Part shown: one piece after another, positions 49,671 through 62,780 of the stretch
Layout: every line of letters starts with the position of its first letter
Position numbering within the stretch: position 1 is the first letter of the stretch
NCBI GenBank assembly: GCA_032718475.1
Contig: JAUCBJ010003479.1
Location: 1-63,639 of the forward strand
Source: Nemertoderma westbladi
Taxonomy: Eukaryota; Animalia; Xenacoelomorpha
Length of the DNA stretch: 63,639 bases
Direction: 5' to 3'
Position numbers and translations under genes: made by a program
Notes under the pieces: generated by a model
The model's input: only the letters and a program-made list of their open reading frames with translations
Told to the model about the DNA's origin: nothing
The model's database searches: none

Positions 49671-51193
49671 GTAAGTTAATTTCATTATTAATTAGACTTA
49701 CGAATACCGAGTATTAGTGTTATCTTCTAATGTTCCTAATAGTGGAACTTTTCTATCCAGTCATCTTTTAAACTTTTGGGCGCATTTTAAAGAGGCCAGA
49801 CGAAGAATTCATTCTGAAAATTCTCTCCCCCCATCCCAAATCATTTTTCGGACTGTAATTCAAGGCGGCGGTGTTCAATTAAACCTATCAAAGCATTTAC
49901 CTCTGAATTTGATTACAATTCCGTTGCTATGGTGAGGGGTAAAATGAAAAAATGACATGTTACTTTAAATTGACTTTGTATTTACTACAGTATATTTATT
50001 TTCTTTATTTATATTTATTTTTATATTTACATCAATCTGTAATATGTAATATAATATATTGATAACATACTATTAATTCTGCAAGTTAATAATTCGGAAT
50101 GTACAAATTGGGTAAACACAAGTAGTAGGCCCTATTGCTCCCTGATTGGAGACTTTCGCTCATTAACAGGTATCGATATAAATATGTGAATGTGATAGAG
50201 TCACCGGAATTGGTACCCCGGTAATAACTATATTGATAACAAATTGCAATATATTGCATTTTATTATCACTCGTTGTTTATATTCTAGTTTTATTGCAAT
50301 ATTTGATTCAATCCGTTTCTGTGTTCCCCTAAATACTCGCTGTAATAATACCCTTTATTTGAAAATGGCTCTTTTTCTCACCAATATTTTTAAAATTGAG
50401 TGAATTAATTTAACTTCTTTTCACTAATTTCCAGAAAATTAGTTAAAAAAGTCTTTTTTCAACTAATTTATGACTTTTTTTTAACTAATGTTTTACTTTT
50501 TTTTAACTAATTTTTATTTTTTTAACTAATTTTTACTTGTTTTAACTAATTTTTACTTTCTTTAACTAATTTTTTTTTATTCAATGAACTATTTACTACA
50601 CAATATAATCAAATTGATACATATTTTCATATAATTGAATAAGTTCCTGCTACATAATGATTATATAATGTAGACCGAGGCTTGTCGGGTAGCTTACTGT
50701 ACAGCTACTGTAGCTACAGTATATGTATTTATTTGAGATTCCGTATTAAAATATAGTAAATATTATTTGATAACGCTGGTAATATTTTTTTTCAAATAAA
50801 ACAATATATTCGAAATAAAAACGTAAAGGAAAACACTATTTTCCACTTATTTTCATAAGCGAAATTCAGATATTCTGCCCTCTATATTTTCCACTCGTTG
50901 GCATTTTCGTAGGCTTCGCTCGTGCTAAAAACCTGCCAACTCTTATAAAACTCAACCACTCGGACAGAATATTTGAATTTCGCTAAATTGAAAATGAAAG
51001 AAAAAAAGCGGTGTTTTCCGCTTACTTTTTTTTTTATCGAATAATAAATAGTCCTTTCTTTCTGGTACCTCTGTCAGTGAGAGACCTTGAACTACATTTG
51101 TTATATTTTAATCATCCCCACCCAACCTTACCTATAATGTTAATTAATTACATATATATTAATTATGCTATCTTTATAATTTAACTACTTTAG

Positions 51194-51345
51194 GCCTGGG
51201 ACTTAAATGTTACCAAGGGGAAACATATTGCACAAAATGCGATTTGGATCAGTGTTGGAAAGATTGGACTACGGCAATATCTAAAGCTACAGCTGTGAAA
51301 TCCACTGAATGCCCTTCAGGACAAACTGACACCAAGCATTGTTAT
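51194..51345 (+). CDS. Ly6/uPAR-like gene, exon 2
   Basis: Acceptor TTTAG; (G)LGLKCYQGETYCTKCDLDQCWKDW...TECPSGQTDTKHCY; donor GTAAGT. LKCY is the typical LU-domain start. Confidence 0.88.
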
Positions 51346-51879
51346 GTAAGTATTGCAATAAGCGTACACGTTACAGTATTGTGATGTACACGACCAGCAT
51401 AAATCATTCCAGAATATCAAACTATATTCTTTTGATTTCATCATAATCATTTGATTGATGCATTTGTTTTAATCAATTAAACTGATTAGTAAAATTGCAC
51501 AATTGTACAAGGGTAAGTAAGCATTAAATAAAAAGGAATCAAAGCACTGATACAATATATTATATGGACTAGGGTAGCTGTTAGAATCTGAGTACACGAA
51601 AGCGAGCCATGGTAGTAGGTGGGTGGTGATGTGTGACATGTCATTTTCATTTTACATTATAGAATTCCATGATACGGGCGCGTTTTTTTTGATGTTAGTG
51701 ATTTTTAGTCGGAAGCAGTTCTGTATGAAGTTTGCATTATGGAAATCATTCTGTGAGGGGCTGGCAGTGCAGATACGTTCAGTGATGGATGTAGTTCTGT
51801 ATTTGAAGTTTATAATTGAACGTAGCTGTGGCAGGGGGTATGTGGCCAGTGCTCTGTGAAATCCACTTGAAATTCCCTT

Positions 51880-52174
51880 ACGTAAGTGGGAGATACCCAT
51901 GTTGAGTTGTGAGGCAATGCGGAAAGGTAACTGTAGCTCGAGACAGGGGCAATCAAGTGTTCTAACAATAGCAACTCCGATAGGCAATGATCGATAATGG
52001 TGGGGTACCAGAGAGTAGATATAGTGTATTATTCTCCAAATAGTTCCCAAGAAGTAAGAGCCGCGTTGCACCTTGCGGTGGTAGGCGTCGAGTTTGTCGA
52101 TATCCTTTCGGCGTAGGGATCCAATAGTCAGAGTTAATCTGTACTATAACAGGGACGGCGAGTGTGTTCCACAT
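51880..52174 (-). mobile_element. Degenerate RTE-like LINE C-terminal fragment in intron 2
   Basis: Joining frames gives WNTLAVPVI...KDIDKLDAYHRKVQR...ENNTLYLLSGTPPLSII, which resembles the RTE post-RT region. Confidence 0.5.
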
Positions 52175-52341
52175 CTAATTAAAATATATTAATTTAAACA
52201 CATCACATTAAAAGTTGCGCTTTATCCAACCCTGGCCGTTCCGTTCCTACGTGTACTACAACATCCATTTTTGGCTTATACTCGTAGCGTAAACCATCCC
52301 CTCATCCTCTCTCCCGCCGTATAAACCATATTATCTACGTT

Positions 52342-55300
52342 TGTATAACCATTCTAGCTCCCTTTGTATAACCATTCTCTCCCTTTGTATAACCATTCTC
52401 TCCCTTTGTATAACCATTATCTCCCTTTGTATAACCATTCTCTCCCTTTGTATAACCATTATCTCCCTTTGTATAACCATTCTCTCCCTTTGTATAACCA
52501 TTATCTCCCTTTGTATAACCATTCTCTCCTTTTGTATAACCATTCTCTCCCTTTGTATAACCATTCTCTCCTTTTGTATAACCATTCTCTCCTTTTGTAT
52601 AACCATTCTCTCCCTTTGTATAACCATTCTCTCCTTTTGTATAACCATTCTCTCCCTTTGTATAACCATTCTCTCCCTTTGTATAACCATTATCTCCCTT
52701 TGTATAACCATTCTCTCCTTTTGTATAACCATTCTCTCCCTTTGTATAACCATTCTCTCCTTTTGTATAACCATTCTCTCCTTTTGTATAACCATTCTCT
52801 CCCTTTGTATAACCATTCTCTCCTTTTGTATAACCATTCTCTCCCTTTGTATAACCATTCTCTCCCTTTGTATAACCATTATCTCCCTTTGTATAACCAT
52901 TCTCTCCCTTTGTATAACCATTATCTCCCTTTGTATAACCATTCTCTCCTTTTGTATAACCATTCTCTCCCTTTGTATAACCATTCTCTCCTTTTGTATA
53001 ACCATTATCTCCCTTTGTATAACCATTCTCTCCCTTTGTATAACCATTATCTCCCTTTGTATAACCATTCTCTCCCTTTGTATAACCATTCTCTCCCTTT
53101 GTATAACCATTATCTCCCTTTGTATAACCATTCTCTCCTTTTGTATAACCATTCTCTCCCTTTGTATAACCATTCTCTCCCTTTGTATAACCATTATCTC
53201 CCTTTGTATAACCATTATCTCCCTTTGTATAACCATTATCTCCCTTTGTATAACCATTCTCTCCTTTTGTATATCCATTATCTTCCTTTGTATAACCATT
53301 CTCTCCTTTTGTATAACCATTCTCTCCCTTTGTATAACCATTCTCTCCTTTTGTATAACCATTCTCTCCCTTTGTATAACCATTATCTCCCTTTGTATAA
53401 CCATTCTCTCCCTTTGTATAACCATTCTCTCCCTTTGTATAACCATTCTCTCCCTTTGTATAACCATTATCTCCCTTTGTATAACCATTCTCTCCTTTTG
53501 TATAACCATTCTCTCCCTTTGTATAACCATTCTCTCCCTTTGTATAACCATTCTCTCCCTTTGTATAACCATTCTCTCCCTTTGTATAACCATTATCTCC
53601 CTTTGTATAACCATTCTCTCCTTTTGTATAACCATTCTCTCCCTTTGTATAACCATTCTCTCCCTTTGTATAACCATTATCTCCCTTTGTATAACCATTA
53701 TCTCCCTTTGTATAACCATTCTCTCCCTTTGTATAACCATTATCTCCCTTTGTATAACCATTCTCTCCTTTTGTATAACCATTCTCTCCCTTTGTATAAC
53801 CATTCTCTCCTTTTGTATAACCATTATCTCCCTTTGTATAACCATTATCTCCTTTTGTATAACCATTCTCTCCTTTTGTATAACCATTCTCTCCCTTTGT
53901 ATAACCATTCTCTCCTTTTGTATAACCATTATCTCCCTTTGTATAACCATTCTCTCCTTTGTATAACCATTCTCTCCTTTTGTATAACCATTATCTCCCT
54001 TTGTATAACCATTCTCTCCTTTGTATAACCATTATCTCCCTTTGTATAACCATTCTCTCCCTTTGTATAACCATTCTCTCCTTTTGTATAACCATTATCT
54101 CCCTTTGTATAACCATTATCTCCCTTTGTATAACCATTATCTCCCTTTGTATAACCATTCTCTCCCTTTGTATAACCATTATCTCCCTTTGTATAACCAT
54201 TCTCTCCCTTTGTATAACCATTCTCTCCCTTTGTATAACCATTCTCTCCCTTTGTATAACCATTCTCTCCCTTTGTATAACCATTATCTCCCTTTGTATA
54301 ACCATTCTCTCCTTTTGTATAACCATTCTCTCCCTTTGTATAACCATTCTCTCCTTTTGTATAACCATTATCTCCCTTTGTATAACCATTATCTCCTTTT
54401 GTATAACCATTCTCTCCTTTTGTATAACCATTCTCTCCCTTTGTATAACCATTCTCTCCTTTTGTATAACCATTATCTCCCTTTGTATAACCATTCTCTC
54501 CCTTTGTATAACCATTCTCTCCCTTTGTATAACCATTCTCTCCTTTTGTATAACCATTCTCTCCCTTTGTATACCCATTCTCTCCCTTTGTATAACCATT
54601 CTCTCCCTTTGTATAACCATTCCCTCCCTTTGTATAACCATTCTCTCCCTTTGTATAACCATTCTCTCCCTTTGTATAACCATTATCTCCCTTTGTATAA
54701 CCATTATCTCCCTTTGTATAACCATTATCTCCCTTTGTATAACCATTCTCTCCTTTTGTATAACCATTCTCTCCCTTTGTATAACCATTCTCTCCCTTTG
54801 TATACCCATTCTCTCCCTTTGTATAACCATTCTCTCCCTTTGTATACCCATTCTCTCCCTTTGTATAACCATTCTCTCCCTTTGTATAACCATTATCTCC
54901 CTTTGTATACCCATTCTCTCCCTTTGTATAACCATTCTCTCCCTTTGTATACCCATTCTCTCCCTTTGTATAACCATTCTCTCCCTTTGTATAACCATTA
55001 TCTCCCTTTGTATACCCATTCTCTCCCTTTGTATAACCATTCTCTCCCTTTGTATAACCATTCTCTCCCTTTGTATACCCATTCTCTCCCTTTGTATACC
55101 CATTCTCTCCATTTGTATAACCATTCTCTCTCTTTGTATAACCATTATCTCCCTTTGTATACCCATTCTCTCCCTTTGTATAACCATTCTCTCCCTTTGT
55201 ATACCCATTCTCTCCTTTTGTATAACCATTCTCTCCTTTTGTATAACCATTCTCTCCTTTGTATAACCATTCTCTCCCTTTGTATAACCATTCTCTCCCT

Positions 55301-55390
55301 TTGTATAACCATTCTCTCCCTTTGTATAACCATTCTCTCCAGCCGTATAAACCATTATCTCCCGCCGTATAAACCATTATCTCCCGCCAT
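52342..55390. repeat. 21-bp minisatellite (~3 kb, ~145 copies) in intron 2
   Basis: Unit TGTATAACCATTCTCTCCCTT, with interspersed TTAT/CTTT/ACCC variants. Confidence 0.98.
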
Positions 55391-55430
55391 ATATATAAAT
55401 ATATAATTTATTCATGTGTTATTGTTATAG

Positions 55431-55658
55431 GCGGGTGTAGCTCTCAAAGCGTTACACGAAGGAGGCGATTTTAAGATCTTGGGAGGATGCGCTAGTCGTC
55501 CCAAACTGGATATGATGGACACGACGGATACAGCTAAAGGTGGTCTGGGCAAAAGCCAGCCAGCAATAGCTAATACTGACGCCTGTACCGCGAATGGTGA
55601 ATATTACTACGCAAAAGATCCGGATGTGGATTACTACACAAAGTATACCGACGCCTAT
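55431..55658 (+). CDS. Ly6/uPAR-like gene, exon 3
   Basis: Acceptor TTGTTATAG; AGVALKALHEGGDFKILGGCASRP...TDACTANGEYYY...YTDAY (228 nt, phase 0/0); donor GTGAGT. Confidence 0.85.
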
Positions 55659-55829
55659 GTGAGTTAACTTAAAAACGTAAACAGTAAAATCATAAACAGT
55701 AAAATCATAAGTAAACGTTTCATAACATTACATAAACGTTTCAGTAGCGGCGGAATGGTTGTCCTGGACGCTAGACGTAAGGGATATAAAATTCCGGCAT
55801 TGATCGTAATAAATTTACTTTACACAAGC

Positions 55830-56140
55830 TAAGTATGTTTAGTAAGTTTAGTAATACTTTATGTAAGTATGTTTAGTAAGTTTAGTAATACTTTATGTAA
55901 GTATGTTTAGTAAGTTTAGTAATACTTTATGTAAGTATGTTTAGTAAGTTTAGTAATACTTTATGTAAGTATGTTTAGTAAGTTTAGTAATACTTTATGT
56001 AAGTATGTTTAGTAAGTTTAGTAATACTTTATGTAAGTATGTTTAGTAAGTTTAGTAATACTTTATGTAAGTATGTTTAGTAAGTTTAGTAATACTTTAT
56101 GTAAGTATGTTTAGTAAGTTTAGTAATACTTTATGTAAGT
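55830..56140. repeat. 34-bp minisatellite (9 copies)
   Basis: Unit TAAGTATGTTTAGTAAGTTTAGTAATACTTTATG. Confidence 0.96.
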
Positions 56141-57650
56141 TTGATACTCTGATATTTATTAATAGTTTACAGTAATTTGAATTAACTCATAGCTCATATT
56201 AATATTGTATTCAAAATTATATTTTTTAAACTTAAAAGTTCCGTGTGTATTAATGTACGGATAAAAATCTACTAAATATGCTATTAGGCTGATTGTTAGT
56301 ATTTGAATCAGTAAGGCCTATATTTACATCTTCGTTGGGCGTTCGCATAAGGTGAGGGGCCTTCTTGAAGCAAAAGTTGCAAGCCTTCTTAGCGAACAAT
56401 TATAATTATACTATGGCTTAAGTTATATATTGGCTTCCGACACAAACACCCCCCCCCCCCCCCCCTCCCCACCCCGCCGTGTATTCACTCCAACGTGGTG
56501 TGTCCCAGGTTTTAAGGTGAAGTGTGTGTTTGCAAAATTTGAAAAAACGGTAATGGGGTCAATCAAAGGAGAAAGGGAATATAGGAAATTTTACAACGAT
56601 CAAGAATATAATATTTTCAAAAGTGATATTGTGAAAAATAATGAATTTGAAATGTGGTCTCGGTTTGTTTGTAACAATTGGATGTCCCCGATTGATACCT
56701 TTCACCCGCACTGGTTAACGCTACATACTGTGGACGTAAGTGCCATACAATACCCACGTTCTGGAGACCTTTCGCGAACTGGGGACGTCCCCAAAACTTT
56801 CTGACTGGAAATTCGAAATCTTCATTGCCAAATTAGTCTAAATATGAAATTTCACCGTATTTAGGCTCAGTCCCCACTTTGTTTGTGTTAAGCCGCACTT
56901 GTATGTATTCCGTGTTATGGGGTATGTATACCCATGTCCCCACTATAACAGTGTTAAGTATACACACATTATCTACGTCATTTTGTGACGTCACAATGTC
57001 CCCAGTGAGCTAAATTTTTAACGACCCCGGTTTGTGGTTGAAATTAAGTATGTTGTTATGTGTTATGTTCAATTATTTATGGATTAGTTAGTCAGGTCTG
57101 TCTTTGAGACAATGCAGCTCAGGCAATCCCTAGATAATGTTTTTTTATTGTTTTTATACTCTCGTGAATAATTGTAAAAGTTAATATTTCCCTAAGTTAC
57201 CTAAGCACCCCTTGTGGTGCAAGTTTCCTCAGTTACTAAGCAATGGATTTATTTCACTTAGTCGATAGTGCTAAACAATCCCGCATGCACTATGCATACA
57301 AGCATGTAGCAATTTTTTTTTAAATATTTGGACAAATATCGTAATACGGCCACTGCTACTTTTTTCTGCGGGGGCACTAATTAAATTCATGTTTAAAATA
57401 AATACAAATAAGGTGGAGCACATCGATATATGATATAACTCTTATCATTCAAATTATATTCACCTCATTCATTTATATTAATTATATCATTAATTTTATA
57501 CCTTTAATTTTTTAGACCCTTCTACGTACTGTAGTTGAAATAGACATTATAATAAATTAACGAGAACACACCGTTCTAAATACTGTCCCTTACGCACATC
57601 TGGGGACATTAGTTTTTTAGTGCGAGAGAGAGTATTATATTAGGCCCTAC

Positions 57651-57888
57651 GTGTGTGTGACTGGGGGGTAACGGCGCGTGAGTGTATGACTGGGGGTATC
57701 GGCGCGTGAGTGTATGACGGGGGGGTATCGGCGCGTGTGTGTGACTGGGGGGTAACGGCGCGTGTGTGTGAGGGGGGGTATCGGCGCGTGTGTGTGACTC
57801 ATGGTAACAGCGCGTGTGAATGACTGGGGGTATCGGCGCGTGTGTGTGACTCATGGTAACGGCGCGTGTGAATGACTGGGGGTATCAG
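57651..57888. repeat. ~25-bp GC-rich minisatellite
   Basis: GTGTGTGACTGGGGGTA(A/T)CGGCGC variants, ~9 copies. Confidence 0.88.
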
Positions 57889-58488
57889 CTAGTTATATAT
57901 CTGTGATTTACTTACTATCAACCTGTTTATTAACAATATAATATGTTGAAGTTAGAGAAGCAACTAGTTCCCTTTGCCCCACGCCCGCACTATAACTTCG
58001 GGTCCGGCAACAAACTTTAGCTTGGTTTCTAGACCCCAACAAGTCGTAGACCTAGATCCCCTGACAAATCCGGACTGAATGAAGAAAAAAATAACCGATT
58101 TCCTTCGATTTACAACTTCGTTTTGTAAAGTTTATACATTTTTACCCTCGTGGTTTATCCTATTCCTTGAGCGAAACTTAAATACGCCGCTGTTCAATTA
58201 TCACGTGTAACAGTAACTAATAATAAAATAAACCGCTAATCGCACTAATTGCTTAATTTGCATCGTTGCTTCTACTGTAGCAGACAATAATATAACACTA
58301 TTCTTGAATAGGTTATAATAAAATTGTCTTGAACGCGATATAGCCTATTGGTTAAAATTGACACCATTCAGAATCAATACAAATTATCATTATTTGCTTC
58401 TGGTTTAAAGTAAATCTAAAGATTAATGTTAACATTTTAAAAACCACAGCAATTCACTGATCACTTCCATATTATTTATTACTTTTAG

Positions 58489-58737
58489 ATTAAAGGACTA
58501 GCGACTGGTTTGGCCAAAGAAAAAAATTTCGCTGAACCAGCAGTTAGTGATGAATACTCCTTTACTGACCAAACCTGCATTGATGTTTTGAAGGATCATA
58601 ACGACCTTTTTAAGCCTCAGCACATTCGTGGGTACGTATGCTGCGACTCCAATGATTGCAACGTTGCCGGGGCTACAGGAGTGGCCGCCACTGGAATCCT
58701 CGTTACCATACTGTTGGTGGTTGCTTGGATACAGTAA
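58489..58737 (+). CDS. Ly6/uPAR-like gene, exon 4 (CCxxxxCN motif and GPI-type tail)
   Basis: Acceptor CTTTTAG; IKGLATGLAKE...GYVCCDSNDCN VAGATGVAATGILVTILLVVAWIQ*. The four exons join in frame to 672 nt (223 aa, 12 Cys). Confidence 0.9.
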   Translation: MKGLATGLAKEKNFAEPAVSDEYSFTDQTCIDVLKDHNDLFKPQHIRGYVCCDSNDCNVAGATGVAATGILVTILLVVAWIQ

Positions 58738-58910
58738 CCCCCGGAATCGCTTCTCTGCATCGCTAAACACTCAATACCCCGCCGTCATGGTTATAGAAGG
58801 AATTGGAACCAGCAACACTTACACATGGGGCTAAAGTATCAGAACTATCTACAGTATCAATCGATTCTACCACAGAGTTTACGAATGGCCTCGATACCGT
58901 ACCGGTACTA

Positions 58911-59828
58911 CCCAGTGAAAAGTGCGCAAGCGTATCGCAAGCGTGCAACGCAGGCGTATCTCATGTGATTCCCAAGAGTTATGGCCCGACCTTTACGCAA
59001 GCGATCTACTTGAGTTATGTCACATAAATATCGCAACAATTTGCGTTAAGTCGCATAAAAATCACAACAACTTGCGTTCAGTCGCATAAAACTCACATGC
59101 GATTCACTTGCGACTTTCACGCGTCATGACGCATAAATATCGCAAAAATCTACTGGTTGTGATTTTTGTGTAATATATATTGAGACCTTGTGATAGAAAA
59201 TATGATACAGTAGTTGATTCTTCCACTACTGTTTGATACTATGGGCTTCCATATCATCTGCCTACTGTACTTACCTTACATTACATTACATTACTAAACT
59301 TAGAATATGAGACATGCTGTATCAATCAATACTAGAAATGGTTGGTTATATAGAGGATAATACAAATAGATTAGAATAACCATGACACATTTTTAACTAT
59401 TCCCTATAATTTTCAATTCTATAAAATATATTAATATAATCACTGAATTCGACAGCCATATTAGATAATTCGTATTCATCAATTTTATATTTTAAAACTA
59501 TTTATTTCTTGATAGGCAACTTTATTTTAATTTATAATCTTTAGTGTAATTAAAAACATGCGATTCGCATGGGAATTAACGCATGAGATTCTCATGGTGT
59601 AAAACATGCGTAAAATAAGCGTTAAATGATGTGTGATTCCCATGCGATTTTCATGCACGGAATCACATGCGTAATTTAAGTTGTGAATCGCATGCGTGGA
59701 ATCGCTTCCCTATTTTACATGTGATTCACATGCGAATCACAAGAGTTTTATCGCTATTTATTGAGCCGCAATAAAAACGCATGACGCTTTAAAATCACTT
59801 GCGATACGCATGCGCATTTTTCACTGGG
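58911..59828. mobile_element. MITE with ~31-bp TIRs (CCCAG termini) and TA flanks, 3' of the Ly6-like stop codon
   Basis: TA|CCCAGTGAAAAGTGCGCAAGCGTATCGCAAG ... CTTGCGATACGCATGCGCATTTTTCACTGGG|TA, with subterminal CACATGCGATT repeats. Confidence 0.85.
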
Positions 59829-60763
59829 TAAATACAGTACATAAAACTACATTGATTTCAAGCTCAAATTTAATTTTATAGCAGTTACGACACCAGTTAA
59901 TACTGTTTTTTTTTGTGTAGGCCTATGGGTTGGCAATCTGGGTGCAGGGTTTGCATTTGCGGAACTTTAACGGGGATGGGGGGGGGGGGGGGGGGGGGTA
60001 AAAGTTTTATAATAAAAAAACAAAAATTATCTTTATTGGGCGGGGCTTTGAGTGTTATAATATGGCGATTGACTGACGTGAAATTAAATTTTGTTGAGGC
60101 TGGGCTAACATTTATCGTTCATATTCTATGTTTAAAAATAATGTTACACAACTCCAGCAAGGATTTGGACAGTGGATTTGAGCCCATACGAGGCCAGACA
60201 TATTTCCCAAATCGTTACTAAAATGTAGGCCTACAGTATATGGGTTAGGATTACACGTAACATGTTAAATATAAGATACAATAAATGTTTGCCCAGCCTC
60301 AATGTTTAGGCCTACTTACATAGGTAAGCAAAATTATTATTTACGACGCATTTTACAAGCACTGTATTCTGTATTGGTCATTCTCTATCTAATAATGTTG
60401 TTCTGTTGCTACACATTAATTATAAGGCTAACTTAACTGTAACTGTATACAGTATACAGTAGGCCTACTGCAGACGATGACCGTACTGTAGTGTTTCATA
60501 CTGTACAGTAAGGTAATCCACAATATACTGTAGTTCAGTATCACCACGTGAAAGACAATCACTGAAACATTGTAGCTGTGTTTGATCACCGGTGACCTAA
60601 AAGTTACTTTTGAATAATGAATCTACTGAGCTGCGCCATTCAGAGTAGTTCAATGATGCATTACAGTAGTAATGTTGCCTACAGTACTGTGAAATTGCAC
60701 TGAACTGTAATAGTTTTGCTTACCTCGGTAAATTTTACGGAGCACCTCGGTTGGTGTCAAGTT

Positions 60764-60778
60764 AAAATGGCGGAAGTG
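60764..60778. promoter_or_regulatory. Overlapping YY1-like (AAAATGGCGG) and ETS-like (CGGAAGTG) motif; candidate promoter of a neighbouring gene
   Basis: AAAATGGCGGAAGTG within a locally GC-richer patch; no associated exon could be established. Confidence 0.4.
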
Positions 60779-61499
60779 GCAGATGGCACTATCTTTTTGC
60801 GCCATTCAGCAGGAGTGGTTTGATGTGGAGGTCTCTGTAAAATTTACAATTGTTAATAAATCCTTTACGTTTTTGACTTTGATTTTGGATTGTGGGATGG
60901 ATTATCGATGTTGACCGCTTTTTGAATTTAATGACAACGAGTATATTTATTTGCTTATTACAAACACCTTGTTGTATTACTTTATTAAATTTATTTTTTT
61001 AATTCATATTTTTTATGCACTAATGTAGGCCTACAGTACTGTATAATAAATAAGGCTTTTTAAGCCAATTAGCCAATTTAATACCGGAAATAACTAACAG
61101 TAACTGTCGTTATTTTTGTCTCGTCCTTATACTGCACTTATCTGACTGTGATTAATAATTATCAAAATTTTACTTCAAATAATCAATAATGTACAAACAT
61201 TGTATAACTAGAGTAAACGTGTCGCAATTATATCGTTGTTAAATTAATTAATAATAAGGTGTCTATATACCCATATTATTGTTGACACAATGTGACTTTT
61301 AAATAACAAGCATTTTATTATCAGCGGTTTCTTGCTGAATTTGAATTAAATTGAAATGAAATAATTAAATTATAGGACAATCATACTTAATTAATTGAAT
61401 TGTAATCAACAATGGTGTTTTAATAAAGTGATGACTATTTTCTGCTTCATGTTAAAGATATGGGTACATCGAGTAATTCAATTAGTGATTACTTTGTAT

Positions 61500-62780
61500 A
61501 AACCACTACACGAAGTGGGGCCTTCGCGCAGCACGTGAAATGAGTTAATGCTAAGTATCAACTCGAAAGGATTATAAAAACATAGGAGAAGATTTTCCCG
61601 GAAAACGTTAACCCTCTAGCGGGAGACTGGGTAACTGAAGAAGGAAGGATTAGTTTCCCTACAAAGCCACAGCCTATGGTCTATTACATATCTACCAAGT
61701 TTCCGATTGACGGATCATAAATAACGAAATGTTGGAAGGTTTTCACTTTCATACATTTAGCCCTCTAGCGGCATATTAAAGAACTACGGATCGATCACCT
61801 TCCTCACAAAGACGAGGCATGTGGTCTAGTACATACCGGTACTGTATATTCCAAAATTCAGCTTAAATAGATTAAGATCAAGGAATTCGCGAAGGTTATC
61901 ACTTTCCTACATTTCGCCCTCTAGCGGCAGACTCGAAAACTCCGGACCGATTACTGTCCACACAAAGACTTAGGATGTCTTCTAGTACATATATGACAAG
62001 TTTCAGCGTAATCAGATCATAAACAACTAAATGGAAGAATAATTTCACATTCGGGACATTTCGCCCTCTAGCGGCAGACTGGAGAACTGCAGACAGATTA
62101 GCCTCCTTTGAAATTTACAGCTAATGGTCTAGTACATACTTCCCAAGTTTCAGCTTAAACGGATTAAAAGCAAAGAAATGGGTGGCCATTTAATGTTTAG
62201 ACATGTGGCCCTCTAGCGGGAGACTGGAAAACTTCGGACCGATTACAATCCACACAAAGACTCAGGATGTTATCTAGTACATATATGACAAGTTTCAGCG
62301 TAATCAGATCATAAACAACTAAATGGAAGAATAATTTCACATTCGGGACATTTCGCCCTCTAGCGGCAGACTGGAGAACTGCAGATAGATTAGCCTCCTT
62401 TGAAATTTACAGCTAATGGTCTAGTACATACTTCCCAAGTTTCAGCTTAAACGGATTAAAAGCAAAGAAATGGGTGGCCATTTAATGTTTAGACATGTGG
62501 CCCTCTAGCGGGAGACCATTGCACTGATGGTGTCTGAAAGTCTCTCAAAAATCTCAACTTTTGCTCATATTGATACCTACAAATTTTCAACTTGGCAGCT
62601 TTAAATCCGACAAAGTTATTAGCATGTCAAAATCGTAACGACGACGACAACGACGACGACGACAACGACGACGACGACAACGACGACGACGACGACGACG
62701 ACAACTATTTGCATAAATTGACCCACCCCCTAACAGTGTCAATTCGCTAAGGCTCCGCCAACTTCGTGGCTCGCCCCACA
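61500..62780. mobile_element. Helentron/HINE-like non-autonomous element: ~146-bp core repeats plus (ACG/ACA)n microsatellite; ends approximate
   Basis: Seven cores containing CCCTCTAGCGG (61611, 61760, 61916, 62063, 62208, 62355, 62500), related to those at 47.0-48.0 kb. ACGACGACA tract at 62639-62703. Confidence 0.6.

Noticed and set aside
50790-51045. Imperfect inverted repeat in intron 1 as a structured ncRNA
   Set aside because: It looks like a decayed AT-rich foldback MITE, with no family-specific RNA features.
52331-55406. Long 435-554 aa ORFs on both strands
   Set aside because: Artefacts of a stop-free 21-bp repeat inside an intron.
56430-57610. ORF 56430-56804 and AATGTCCCCAG/CTGGGGACATT inverted pair as a gene or MITE
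   Set aside because: No recognisable domain and no clear TSD or termini; probably a decayed repeat that I cannot delimit.
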